From Candidatus Latescibacterota bacterium (GTDB taxonomy: Bacteria > Latescibacterota > UBA2968 > UBA8231), in assembly GCA_965242865.1 (NCBI GenBank), contig CBDETK010000013.1, positions 480,001 through 544,000 on the forward strand: a DNA stretch of 64,000 nt, read 5' to 3'. Both the position numbers and the translations under genes were made by a program. Of this stretch, positions 47,145-57,049 are shown in pieces. The notes beneath the pieces are model-generated. The model searched no databases. It worked only from the letters and a program-made list of their open reading frames with translations, and had not been told where the DNA came from. Each line of letters opens with the position of its first letter. Positions within the stretch are counted from its first letter, which is position 1.

Positions 47145-48260
47145 ATGAAAATCGCAGAGATTCGGACGTTTTTGGTGGGCAGGTTTTTGTTGGTGCGGGT
47201 CTATACCGATGAAGGGATCGTCGGCAATGGGGAGGCCGGGTTGTGGGCGCATCACGGGGTAGTAAAAGAGGCACTAAGGGAACTGACCGAGTACTACGTG
47301 GGCAAGGACCCGCTCCACATTGAGCACCACTACCAGGTGGTGTCGAGGTCGGCGCACTTCATGGGCGCGGCGATGAGCGCGGCGATGAGCGCCATAGACA
47401 TCGCGCTGTGGGATATATTCGGCAAGGCGGTGGGCCTGCCCGTGCATCAGTTGTTGGGCGGCAAGTGCCGCGACAAGGTAAAGGTGTACGAAAACGTCGG
47501 CGGACAGACGCCCGCCGAAGTGCGGGAGAGCGCGCAGGCGCGGGTGGAGCAGGGCTTTACGTCGCTGCGGATGGGGCCGTTTGTCAGCGGGTTTGAGCAG
47601 CGCACCAGCACGGCCAATATCTCGACGGCCGTGGAATTGGTGGCCGCGGCGCGGGAGGCGATTGGGGACGGGGTGGATTTGGGGTTGGAAATCCATCGGA
47701 ACTTGCGGCCGGAGGAGGCGATCGCACTGGCCACGGAGTTGACGCCCTTTAAGATCCTGTACTACGAAGACCCGCTGCCGCCGCAGAGCTTGGAGGCCCT
47801 CGAATACGTCGCTCGGCACATCCACATTCCAATCGCCACGGGCGAGCGCTTTTACAATCCCTTCCAGTTTAAGGATTTGATCGATCGCCAGATCGTCAGC
47901 CTGATTCGGCCGGATGTGTCGTTGGCCGGCGGCTTTACGCAAGTGAAGAAAATTGCCGCGCTGGCGGAGCTGGCTTTCGTCGGGGTCTTTCCCCATCTGA
48001 TGGGCAGCCCGGTCAACAACGCGGCGTTCGCCCAGCTCGCCGCGGCCATTCCCAACTACACGCACACCGAGCACAATGCCCTCAACGGGCCGCTAGCCGA
48101 AATCGTCGATGAGCCGCTGCGGGTCGAAGGCGGCTATCGGCTGCTGCCCGACCGGCCGGGGATCGGGGTTGAAATCGTCGAGGACGCGCTGGCGAAATAC
48201 CCGTACGAACGCTGGGCGATCAAGGGCCATTTTCACGCCGACGGCTCGGTGGCGCACTAG
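47145..48260 (+). CDS. Mandelate racemase/muconate lactonizing family, galactonate dehydratase-like
   Basis: SAIDIALWDI.GK, EIH, EDP, ATGER, RPD, PGIG. Confidence 0.88.
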   Translation: MKIAEIRTFLVGRFLLVRVYTDEGIVGNGEAGLWAHHGVVKEALRELTEYYVGKDPLHIEHHYQVVSRSAHFMGAAMSAAMSAIDIALWDIFGKAVGLPVHQLLGGKCRDKVKVYENVGGQTPAEVRESAQARVEQGFTSLRMGPFVSGFEQRTSTANISTAVELVAAAREAIGDGVDLGLEIHRNLRPEEAIALATELTPFKILYYEDPLPPQSLEALEYVARHIHIPIATGERFYNPFQFKDLIDRQIVSLIRPDVSLAGGFTQVKKIAALAELAFVGVFPHLMGSPVNNAAFAQLAAAIPNYTHTEHNALNGPLAEIVDEPLRVEGGYRLLPDRPGIGVEIVEDALAKYPYERWAIKGHFHADGSVAH

Positions 48261-48275
48261 CACCGGGAGGCTCTC

Positions 48276-49970
48276 GTGTTTGAGAAAATCTATCTCGATC
48301 CACAAAACAGGTGTTTTGCCGAGCTCATGTCCAATAACAGGAGGTACATTGTACCGCTGTTTCAGCGAGACTATTCTTGGGAAGAGGAACAATGGGACGA
48401 GCTGTGGGAGGATATTGAGCAAATGCAGCAAAGCCAGACTCAGCACTTTATGGGCTATCTGGTCTTGCAGACCGAGGATGGCAAGAGCTTTCAAATCATC
48501 GACGGCCAGCAACGCATAACGACTATTTCTATTGTTATACTAGCAGTATTGAAAACATTGCAAGCATTAGTCGATGACCGGATCGACGAAGAGGCCAATC
48601 GGCAAAGGATAGAGGAATACAAAAGGACCTATATTGGGGTTTTTGACTCCATTACGTTGACGACAGCACCTAAGCTGGTGCTCAATCGACACAACAATCA
48701 GCACTTTCGGGCCATGGTGGAACGGTTGGAGGTCCCCACTAGGCGCAGGCTTACAAAGACCAATCGGGTATTAAACAGGGCGTTTGAGTTCTTCGTAAAT
48801 AAACTTTCTCCGCAGAGAAGAGATGGGAGAAAGCTGGCGACCTTAGTGGGGGATATAGCAGATGGCCTGCTCTTTACGGCGATTACCGTTAAAGACGATT
48901 TGAATGCCTATACTGTTTTTGAGACCCTCAACGCACGTGGCGTACATTTGGCAACTCCAGATTTGTTGAAAAACTACCTCCTCTCAACGTTTGCGAGTCA
49001 CCCGGCCTTTTTCACGGATGAAAACGTCGAAGACTTTGCCGGACGCTGGCAGATTATCATTGAGCAACTAGGCGAGACCGAGTTCACCAATTTTCTCCGC
49101 AGTCACAGGGGAATGACCGCTCCTCTTCCGCACAAGAGAGAACTTTACAAGTTGCTCCGGCGAGAGATCGATGCCGCCAAAAAAGTCTTTCCCTATCTTG
49201 AAAAACTCGAAAATCGGGCTCCAGTCTATGCCGCCCTGCAGGAACCCCACGACGATTTTTGGAAAGAACGACAAGGTCGATACACACAAGCACAGCCCCA
49301 TTTAGAAGCCCTTAAGCTGTTTGGCATTAAAACACCGCTCAGTCTGCTCATGGCAGGATACGAGAGGTTTTCGCCGCCAGAATTCATCAAGCTGCTACAC
49401 TGCATTGCCGTGTTGACGCTGCGCTACAATGTTATTTGCAATCTAGCAACCAATGACCAAGAGCGGATGTACAACCGTACCGCCAACCAGTTGATGAAGG
49501 AAGACTTATCGTTGCAAGGGGTAATGGATAGGCTAAGGCCGATCTATCCGCCCGATGCAGAGGTGCGCCAGCGGTTTAGTGCCAAGAGTATGCCCAGTCG
49601 CCGCAGCAGCAAAAAGGTTCTGTTTCTGTTGCGGGGAATTGAAGTGCATTTAAGCGGCCAAGCTCCCCAAAATCTGACGCTCGAACACGTGTTGCCGTAC
49701 AATCCCGGCGACGATTGGCAGGCTTATTTTGGCCGTGAGACATACGAAAATGCGATTGACCGCTTGGGTAACATGGCCTTGCTGCCTGCGTCGCAAAACA
49801 TGGGGCAGGAAGTTTTTGCACAAAAAAGAGAGCGGCTACAGGCTAGCGACTACTGCATCAATCAACACATCGCTGAGTACCCGGAATGGAACATGAACTG
49901 CTTAGAGGATCATCAAAGATGGTTGGCGAAGCAGGCAACCGCGGTGTGGAAAATATCGGAATACGCTTAG
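48276..49970 (+). CDS. GmrSD-like protein (DUF262 + DUF1524 HNH)
   Basis: PLFQRDYSW, IDGQQR, FETLNARG, LEHVLP, LGNMALL. Confidence 0.88.
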   Translation: MFEKIYLDPQNRCFAELMSNNRRYIVPLFQRDYSWEEEQWDELWEDIEQMQQSQTQHFMGYLVLQTEDGKSFQIIDGQQRITTISIVILAVLKTLQALVDDRIDEEANRQRIEEYKRTYIGVFDSITLTTAPKLVLNRHNNQHFRAMVERLEVPTRRRLTKTNRVLNRAFEFFVNKLSPQRRDGRKLATLVGDIADGLLFTAITVKDDLNAYTVFETLNARGVHLATPDLLKNYLLSTFASHPAFFTDENVEDFAGRWQIIIEQLGETEFTNFLRSHRGMTAPLPHKRELYKLLRREIDAAKKVFPYLEKLENRAPVYAALQEPHDDFWKERQGRYTQAQPHLEALKLFGIKTPLSLLMAGYERFSPPEFIKLLHCIAVLTLRYNVICNLATNDQERMYNRTANQLMKEDLSLQGVMDRLRPIYPPDAEVRQRFSAKSMPSRRSSKKVLFLLRGIEVHLSGQAPQNLTLEHVLPYNPGDDWQAYFGRETYENAIDRLGNMALLPASQNMGQEVFAQKRERLQASDYCINQHIAEYPEWNMNCLEDHQRWLAKQATAVWKISEYA

Positions 49971-51112
49971 ATAGGAGAACGCCACGGAACGACGCGGATT
50001 CCTTGGTGGATCGCCTCATCAGTGCCTCCATACACTAAGACGGGATCCACGGCGGCAGGCCCAGCAAGCCCTAGCCAGCGGTGCAGCCCCTTAAAAAAGT
50101 CGCGATTCAGGGTTTGCCCCGACTTGATCTCCATCGGCTGCAAACCGTCGCCGCGCTGGACTACGAGATCGATTTCATGGCCGCTGCGGTCGCGCCAGAA
50201 ATAGAGGTCGGCCGGCCAGCCCTGATTGTAGTGGGCTTTCAACAGCTCGCCGACGATGAGGGTTTCAAATAAAGCCCCCCGCTGGGCATGGGCATTGAGT
50301 TGGGCGGCATCGCGGATCGCGAGTAAATAGACGGCCAGCCCGGGGTCGCAGAAGTACAATTTGGGCGTCTTGATCAGCCGCTTGTTGAAGTTTTGGTGGT
50401 GCGGTTGGAGCAGATAGACGATATAGCTGGCTTCCAAAATGGAAATCCAAGCCCGGGCCGTGTTGGCGTTGATGCCGGCGTCCACGGCCAAGTTGGACAG
50501 GTTGAGCAATTGGCCAATGCGGCCAGCGCACAGGCGCACAAAGCGCTGAAAGACGCTCAGGTCGCGCACATGGACCAGTTGGCGCACATCCCGTTCAACA
50601 TAGGTCTGCAAATAGTTGGCGTACCAGATGCTCGGATTGAGTGCGCGGTCGTGGATAGGAGGATAGAGCCCGGTGAAGAGCACGTCGTCCAGCAAAGGGG
50701 CGGACCGGGCGTAGCACTCGCGCAAGCTAAAGGGCAGCAACTGCACCAGCGCAATGCGGCCGGCCAAGGATTGGGTAACGCCGGCCAGCAGCCCGAACTG
50801 CTGCGAGCCGGTCAGCACGAAGCGACCCGGGCGCGGGTCGGAGTCCACCAAGCCCTGCAAATAAGAAAAGAGGGCGGGACACCGCTGCGCTTCATCAAAG
50901 ACAGCCCCGTCGGGATAAGCCGCTAAAAAGCCTCTTGGGTCGTCTTGGGCCCGTTCGCGGTCGTCGGGGTCTTCTAGCGAGATGTAGGGTTTGTCGGCAA
51001 AGACGTGGCGGACGAGGGTTGACTTGCCGGATTGACGCGGGCCGGTGACGCCGATAACCGGATAGCCCCGGGCCAATTCCCGCAAAGTCTTTTCGGCGTG
51101 GCGCGGAATCAT
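49967..51112 (-). CDS. AAA_14 ATPase with DUF4143 C-terminus
   Basis: GPRQSGKS, DEAQ, LTGS, SLAGR, KTPKLY, EID..EIK. Confidence 0.9.
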   Translation of the reverse strand: MIPRHAEKTLRELARGYPVIGVTGPRQSGKSTLVRHVFADKPYISLEDPDDRERAQDDPRGFLAAYPDGAVFDEAQRCPALFSYLQGLVDSDPRPGRFVLTGSQQFGLLAGVTQSLAGRIALVQLLPFSLRECYARSAPLLDDVLFTGLYPPIHDRALNPSIWYANYLQTYVERDVRQLVHVRDLSVFQRFVRLCAGRIGQLLNLSNLAVDAGINANTARAWISILEASYIVYLLQPHHQNFNKRLIKTPKLYFCDPGLAVYLLAIRDAAQLNAHAQRGALFETLIVGELLKAHYNQGWPADLYFWRDRSGHEIDLVVQRGDGLQPMEIKSGQTLNRDFFKGLHRWLGLAGPAAVDPVLVYGGTDEAIHQGIRVVPWRSPI

Positions 51113-51207
51113 GGGATGGCTGGTTTTTGGGCTAATTGTGAATTGAATTCTTGATTAGCAAAGTAGAAAGCATACATTCGGAAGTCAATTTGACGCGGGA
51201 GAACGCG

Positions 51208-52119
51208 ATGATCGATCAGACTTTGCGCGACCAACTAAAAAACGTCCACGGCTATGCGCTGACCATTTACCAGCGCGGCGATCGCTGCGCCCTCGACTTG
51301 GACGGGTTTGCCCGCAATATGGCGTGGGCGGCCGACCGGGGGGTGCGGGTGTTCGTGGTGGCTGGCGGAACGGGCGAAAACGACGCGCTGGCCCCACCCG
51401 AGCGCGTGGCACTGGCCGAATGCGCCCTAGCAACGGTGGGCGACCGGGCGCTGGTGGTGCCGACCTTGCCTGGCAATTTGGGCGAGGCCGCCCAGTTAGC
51501 ACCGCGCTACGAGGCGTTGGGCTTGCGCGTGGCACTGGCAATGGCCCCCTACACGCGCCACGAGGCACCGGCCGATCCCGAAGGCGTGTATCAATACTAC
51601 GCAGCCTTGGGGACGCGGTCCGGGCTGGCGCTGATGCCCTACAATACGCAGGGCTGGTCGGCCGAGCTTTTCGAGCGGCTGGCCGTAGTGGAGCCGATCG
51701 CCGCGATCAAGGACCCCTGCGCGGACCCGCATCCCCTCTTCCGCGCCATCAAGCGGCTCGGCGACCGCTTCGTCTGGATCGGCAACAAGCGCCACGACCC
51801 GGGCGTGTTGCACTTCCGCTTCCAAGCCGGGATCGAGGGCTTTACCGCTGGTTTTGTCAACTTTGCCCCCCAGCTAGAGCTGGCGCTGTTTGCGGCCGCG
51901 CAACGGCAGGATTGGCCGCTGATGATCGAGCTACAAGAGCAGTTGGCCCCGTTGGAGCGGCTGCGTGCGCACTTTGACGACGCGGCCATGCTCAAGGCGA
52001 CGATGGAGCTGATGGGGCTGGCCGGCGGGGCGGTGCGCCCGCCGCGCATGGACGTACCGCCAGCGGGGCGCGAGGCCATTAAAAGGGAATTGCAGCACTT
52101 GGGGATTTTGGGCGCGTAG
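51208..52119 (+). CDS. Dihydrodipicolinate synthase/class I aldolase family protein
   Basis: GGTGE, PYN, AIKD, VRPP. Confidence 0.85.
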   Translation: MIDQTLRDQLKNVHGYALTIYQRGDRCALDLDGFARNMAWAADRGVRVFVVAGGTGENDALAPPERVALAECALATVGDRALVVPTLPGNLGEAAQLAPRYEALGLRVALAMAPYTRHEAPADPEGVYQYYAALGTRSGLALMPYNTQGWSAELFERLAVVEPIAAIKDPCADPHPLFRAIKRLGDRFVWIGNKRHDPGVLHFRFQAGIEGFTAGFVNFAPQLELALFAAAQRQDWPLMIELQEQLAPLERLRAHFDDAAMLKATMELMGLAGGAVRPPRMDVPPAGREAIKRELQHLGILGA

Positions 52120-52122
52120 GCA

Positions 52123-53937
52123 ATGCAATCGTTGCCCTTGTTGCCCATTACCTTGTTGGGGGTGGCCGTTGATCTGTGGCTGCGGCCCACGCTCGACTTG
52201 CGGCCTACGCAATGGGCGTGGTGGGGGCTGTCGGTGGGGTTCTCGCTGGCGCTGTGGCAGGGCCTTTTCGCGCTTAGCCGCCGGCAAGCGGCGTTGGTCC
52301 CCGTCGTCGGCACGGTGACCGCGACGCTGGCCGTGGTGTGGCTCGGCTTCCACGAGGTATTTTACTGCTGGCCGACGGCCTACGCGCTCGTACATTCGGC
52401 CGGCCATCCCCGCGAGGCGTGGGGATACATCCGCAATGAGGCCGATTGGGGCGATGCGGTCGTCTGGGTTGTTGTTGGGACCTTGGTCGTGGGCTGGTGG
52501 CACTACAAGCTCCGCTCGGACCGCCCGGGCGCACCCGGCAGAATGTGGGCCGCGCTGGGCTTGGCCGGGGCGGTGGCCTTTGGCGCGGTGCATCGCCACG
52601 CGAGCATCATGGTGCCGGACGCCGCGGCCGCGAAGCTGGCCATTGACCTCGCCGTCCACTCGCTCATCGGCGGGGTGCATGGGCGGTTGTTGCAAGCGAG
52701 CCGCCCGGCCGCGCCGGCCCTGTACAGCGGCGCGCCCGTAGATGCGAGCGCACCCAACCTCATCGTGGTAATCGGCGAAAGCGTCGCGCCCGGGCGCACC
52801 GGCCTCTACGGGTACGAGCGGCAAACCACGCCGCGGCTAGCAGCCGTGCGCCAAGCGCGACCGGCCGATTGGGTGCAGCTAAAAAAGGCCGTGTCCAATG
52901 CCACGGCGACCAAGGTGGCGCTGCCAGCCATGTTGACCGGGCTTTTTCCGTCGCGCCCGCCGGTGGACCAGCACACCTTCCCGCTGCTGTGGCACTATGC
53001 CCACGCCGCCGGCTATCAGACGGCCCTGATCTCGGCGCAGAGCTATGCTTGGAACAATCTCGAGGGATTTTTCGTGGATGACGCGCTGGACCACGTGTTC
53101 ACGCTCGAGCGCTCGGACGCTGCGATCGTCAATTCCGAGGGCATGGACGATAGCCGGATGATGGCCGAGGCCCTCGCCACCATCGACCGCTTGGCCGCCC
53201 GCGGCCCGTTTGTGGTGGCCCTGCAATTCAACTGCACGCACTATCCGGGGTACGCTCCGCCCGACTGGCAGCCGTGGCCGGACGCGCCCTACGACAATGC
53301 GGTCGCTTACATGGACCACCTGCTCGGACGGCTGTTCGACCACCTCGACGCCCAAGGCCTAGCGGCCAATACGAGCGTGATCTTTGTGGCCGACCACGGC
53401 GAGGACCTCGCCGGCGTCCACCAGCTCCACCGCACGGATTCGTATTACCAGACCGCCATTGCCATCCCGTTTTTTGCCGTGGTGCCCGAGCGGCACCGGC
53501 AGCGGTTGGGTGCTCGCTACGACCAGTGGCGGCAAAACGCGCCGGCGCGGGTCGCGCTGACGGACTTGGTGCCGACCGCGCTGGACCTGCTCGGGCTGTC
53601 GGCCGATTCCCTAGTCGGCGCGTGGCAGGAGCGCCTCGACGGCCGCTCGCTGCTGCGGCCGCTCGCCCCCGACCGCCTGCTCGTGGTGGTCAACACGGAC
53701 GAACACGTGCAGTGGTCGCGCAAAGGCTACGCGGTTGTGGCCGACGATTGGAAATACATCAACTACAGTTGGCGCGGCTCCATGCTGTTCGACTTGGCGA
53801 CCGACGCGCTGGAGCAGCGCGACTTGCTGGCCGGGGGCGAGCGGGTGCTGAGTGGGGCCGGGCAGCGGCATGTACGCCGCGTGCGCGCCTTGGTCGCCCA
53901 GACGCCGGCGCTGGCCGACATTCACGTAGAGTACTGA
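52123..53937 (+). CDS. Membrane sulfatase-fold phosphoethanolamine-transferase-like protein
   Basis: N-terminal TMs; IGES, YGYERQTTP, TATKVALP (putative catalytic Thr), YDNAV, ADHGE. Confidence 0.78.
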   Translation: MQSLPLLPITLLGVAVDLWLRPTLDLRPTQWAWWGLSVGFSLALWQGLFALSRRQAALVPVVGTVTATLAVVWLGFHEVFYCWPTAYALVHSAGHPREAWGYIRNEADWGDAVVWVVVGTLVVGWWHYKLRSDRPGAPGRMWAALGLAGAVAFGAVHRHASIMVPDAAAAKLAIDLAVHSLIGGVHGRLLQASRPAAPALYSGAPVDASAPNLIVVIGESVAPGRTGLYGYERQTTPRLAAVRQARPADWVQLKKAVSNATATKVALPAMLTGLFPSRPPVDQHTFPLLWHYAHAAGYQTALISAQSYAWNNLEGFFVDDALDHVFTLERSDAAIVNSEGMDDSRMMAEALATIDRLAARGPFVVALQFNCTHYPGYAPPDWQPWPDAPYDNAVAYMDHLLGRLFDHLDAQGLAANTSVIFVADHGEDLAGVHQLHRTDSYYQTAIAIPFFAVVPERHRQRLGARYDQWRQNAPARVALTDLVPTALDLLGLSADSLVGAWQERLDGRSLLRPLAPDRLLVVVNTDEHVQWSRKGYAVVADDWKYINYSWRGSMLFDLATDALEQRDLLAGGERVLSGAGQRHVRRVRALVAQTPALADIHVEY

Positions 53938-53945
53938 AGGGTAGG

Positions 53946-56069
53946 GTGCAGCGGTCCATTCCCAAGACATTTGCCTCCGCCCAATCTCGCCCAGCGGCCG
54001 CGCTGGGCGCGACTTGGCGCGGCTTTTGGACGGGCATCTTTCTCAGCTTCTTCCTCGCGATTGGCGCACCATACTCCAACATGGCCATGCATGCGACCTT
54101 CATGGCGTGGGACTTCAACACCCCGGGCGCGATCTTTTTGTTCCTCGTGCTCATCGGCCTGCTCAACGTCCTGTTCAAGGTGGTGGCGCGGAACGGAGTT
54201 TGGGCACTGGGCGCGGCCGCGATCTCCTTGGTGCTCTATCTGGCGCATTACCTGCCCCAACTCCAGATCGACCTGTTTGATCCGGGCCTGTGGTTGGCCT
54301 CCTTTTTGGTGGCTTCGGCCTTGCTCAACGCGGCCTTGGTCTGGCGCGGGGGGTCGCTCGCGCTGGGCCGCGCCGACTTGGTCTTGGTGTACCTCATGCT
54401 CTTGATGGTGTCGGGCCTGTGTACTATGGGCATGAGCCAGCAGTTGCTGCCCATTCTCGCGGCCTTTGCGTACTACGGGACGCCGCAAAACAAGTGGCAG
54501 GACCAGCTCGGCCCGCTCTTGCCCGAACACGCGATTTTGGTAGATGACGGAGCGGACAACCGCGCCTTTTTTGAGGGGGGAGCAATCCCTTATGGGGCTT
54601 GGGTCGAGCCGCTGGTGTGGTGGGCGGTGTTTCTCGTCGCGCTCTACGCGACGATGGTGGCCGCGGCCGTGATCTTGCGGCGGCAGTGGATGGACCGCGA
54701 GCGGCTGGCGTACCCGGTGGCGCAAGTGGGGGCGGCCATGGTGCAGGGCGAGGGCCGGGGTTTGGTCAACCGCTTTTTTAAGAGCCGGGCCGTCTGGTAT
54801 GGCTGCGCCATCCCGGTGCTGTGGGGGTCCCTTGAGGCCCTGCACCACTACGATCCGTCGATGCCCAATGTAAGCCTGCATTGGACTATGCCGTATTTCG
54901 GCCAGCGCTTGCAACTGCGAATAATTTTCGCGCTGGTGGGGTTTTCCTATTTGATCAACACCAGCATCTCGGCCGGCTTGTGGGTGTTTCAGCTCTTGGT
55001 GCGGGCCGAGTCCGAGTTCCTGCTGCTGCTGGGCATGACCTCCAAGCAGAAGTTTGTCTATGGCATTGCCTTCCAGCCCTATCTGGCCTATCAGGGCGGC
55101 GGCGCGTTGCTGGCGCTGGTGCTGGCCGGCTTTTGGGTGGGCCGCGAACACCTCAAGCGGGTGTTTCGCAAGGCGTTTGGCGGCACCCGCGACCTAGACG
55201 ACCGCGACGAGATCCTCTCGTATCGCGGCGCGGTGTGCGCCTTGCTGGCCGGCGTGGCGACGATGGTGGGGTGGCTGTGGCTGATGGGGGTGCAATTATG
55301 GGTGGCGGCGGTGTTTATTGGATTGGCACTGTTGATCTTTATCGGGATTAGCCGGATTGTGGCCGAGGCTGGGTTGGCGGCCGTGCGCTCGCCCATGATC
55401 GCGCCGGACTTGATGATCCACGGCCTGGGAGTCAACCTGCTCGGCACCAGCGGGGTGTTCAATTTGTCGCTGGCCTATATCTGGTGCGCCGACATCCGCA
55501 TCTTTGTGATGGCGCTGTTGGCCAACGGGCTCAAGCTGGTCGAGGACGTGACGCGGTCGAGTCGGCGGCTGGTGCTGTGGGGGGTGTGCTTGGCGATCTT
55601 GATCGGCGCGGCCGGCTCGTGCTGGATGGTGCTGCAGATGGCGTACCGGCACGGAGGAATCAATCTGGCGGGGTGGATCTTTAAGGGCGGGCCGTCCACC
55701 GTGTACAACTATGCGGTGCGCGGGCTGGAGCCGGCCGGCGTGGCCTGGGATGGACTCGCTTTTTGCGCCGGCGGTGGGGCGGTCATGCTCTTGCTGATGT
55801 GGGCGCGGCACTGCGTACTGTGGTGGCCGTTGCACCCGCTGGGCTTTGTGGTCGCGGCCAATCACCTGATGGACAAGATCTGGTTCAGCATCTTCATTGC
55901 GTGGGCGGTCAAGCGGCTCGTGCTGCGCTTTGGCGGGCCGGTGCTCTACGCGGCGAGTGTGCGCTTTTTCTTGGGGCTGATCATGGGCGAGAGCCTGTGC
56001 AACGGCCTGTGGATTGTCATTGACTACTTTACCGGCCAGACCGGCAACAAAGTGTTCATCATCGGCTGA
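53946..56069 (+). CDS. Multi-pass membrane protein (DUF6785/DUF6784-like)
   Basis: LRRQW...ERLAYP, WWPLHPLG and FFLGLIMGE motifs; many TMs; start approximate. Confidence 0.7.
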   Translation: MQRSIPKTFASAQSRPAAALGATWRGFWTGIFLSFFLAIGAPYSNMAMHATFMAWDFNTPGAIFLFLVLIGLLNVLFKVVARNGVWALGAAAISLVLYLAHYLPQLQIDLFDPGLWLASFLVASALLNAALVWRGGSLALGRADLVLVYLMLLMVSGLCTMGMSQQLLPILAAFAYYGTPQNKWQDQLGPLLPEHAILVDDGADNRAFFEGGAIPYGAWVEPLVWWAVFLVALYATMVAAAVILRRQWMDRERLAYPVAQVGAAMVQGEGRGLVNRFFKSRAVWYGCAIPVLWGSLEALHHYDPSMPNVSLHWTMPYFGQRLQLRIIFALVGFSYLINTSISAGLWVFQLLVRAESEFLLLLGMTSKQKFVYGIAFQPYLAYQGGGALLALVLAGFWVGREHLKRVFRKAFGGTRDLDDRDEILSYRGAVCALLAGVATMVGWLWLMGVQLWVAAVFIGLALLIFIGISRIVAEAGLAAVRSPMIAPDLMIHGLGVNLLGTSGVFNLSLAYIWCADIRIFVMALLANGLKLVEDVTRSSRRLVLWGVCLAILIGAAGSCWMVLQMAYRHGGINLAGWIFKGGPSTVYNYAVRGLEPAGVAWDGLAFCAGGGAVMLLLMWARHCVLWWPLHPLGFVVAANHLMDKIWFSIFIAWAVKRLVLRFGGPVLYAASVRFFLGLIMGESLCNGLWIVIDYFTGQTGNKVFIIG

Positions 56070-56087
56070 ACATCGTGCCGAAGGAAT

Positions 56088-56822
56088 GTGACCTCAGTGA
56101 TTGACCAAGTGCTTATTTTGGCGGCCGGCCATGGCTCGCGCCTGCGCGACCACGTGCCGGTGGAACACAAGGGGCTCGTCGAAATGGGGGGCGAGCCGCT
56201 CTTGGGGCGCACCTGCCGGGTGCTGGGCGAGCTGGGCGTGCGGGAGGCGATCGTAGTCACCGGGCACCAGGGCGCGGCCGTGCAAGCGGCCCTGCGCGGG
56301 CTGGGCGATTTGGGGATTGCGCTGCGCTTTGTGGAAAATCCGCAGTGGAAGCGGTCCAATGGGATTTCGGTGTTGGCGGCGACCGAGCTGCTCGCCGAGC
56401 AATTCCTCCTGCTGATGGCCGATCACCTCTTTGACCCGGCGATGGTCGCGGCGATGCGCGGCGTTAGCTTGCGGCCCGGGGAGGTGGTGCTGGCGGTGGA
56501 CCGCAAGCTGGACTCGATCTACGACATGGACGATGCCACGAAGGTGCGGCTGGAGGGCGAGCGCGTCGCGGCGATTGGCAAGGAGCTAACGGATTTCAAC
56601 GGCATTGACACCGGCCTGTTCGCTTGCAGCCGCGCGTTGCTGACGCCCCTGAGCGCGGTAAAAGCGCAGCGGGGCGATTGCAGCCTGACCGATGGGATGC
56701 GGGCGTTGATTGCGCGGGGCCGGTTGCGGGCGTTGGACATTGGCGCGGCGTGGTGGCAGGATGTAGATACGCTGGGGGCCTTGGCACACGGCGCACGGCT
56801 GCTGCAGGAACACGAGCGCTAG
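56088..56822 (+). CDS. Nucleotidyltransferase (phosphocholine/inositol-phosphate cytidylyltransferase-like)
   Basis: ILAAGHGSRL, MADH, DATKV, IDTGLF, WQDVDT. Confidence 0.85.
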   Translation: MTSVIDQVLILAAGHGSRLRDHVPVEHKGLVEMGGEPLLGRTCRVLGELGVREAIVVTGHQGAAVQAALRGLGDLGIALRFVENPQWKRSNGISVLAATELLAEQFLLLMADHLFDPAMVAAMRGVSLRPGEVVLAVDRKLDSIYDMDDATKVRLEGERVAAIGKELTDFNGIDTGLFACSRALLTPLSAVKAQRGDCSLTDGMRALIARGRLRALDIGAAWWQDVDTLGALAHGARLLQEHER

Positions 56823-57049
56823 GAGAGCGGCTCGCTCTTGCTTTGTTTGCGTTTGTTTTTGCGGCGGTACAGCAGGTAAAAGGGGTACGAGGCCACGAGC
56901 GCGGCTGCGATAACCACGGCCGCGACCCAGCCGAACATGCTGCCGACGGCGCCGATGATGATGATCGGGCCGATGTACGCTTGGGCCGCGCTGCTCAACA
57001 GGAGCACGAGCGCGCCGGCGAGGCTAATTCTCGACAAAGGGCAGGGCAT
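56819..57049 (-). CDS. Small membrane protein (AQAYIGP motif)
   Basis: Signal-like segment, one TM, basic tail; overlaps the 3' end of the arylsulfotransferase gene; start uncertain. Confidence 0.55.
   Translation of the reverse strand: MPCPLSRISLAGALVLLLSSAAQAYIGPIIIIGAVGSMFGWVAAVVIAAALVASYPFYLLYRRKNKRKQSKSEPLS

Noticed and set aside
53274-53945. N-terminal extension of the 931-aa membrane ORF
   Set aside because: Overlaps the transferase gene in another frame and is Arg/Pro-rich noise.
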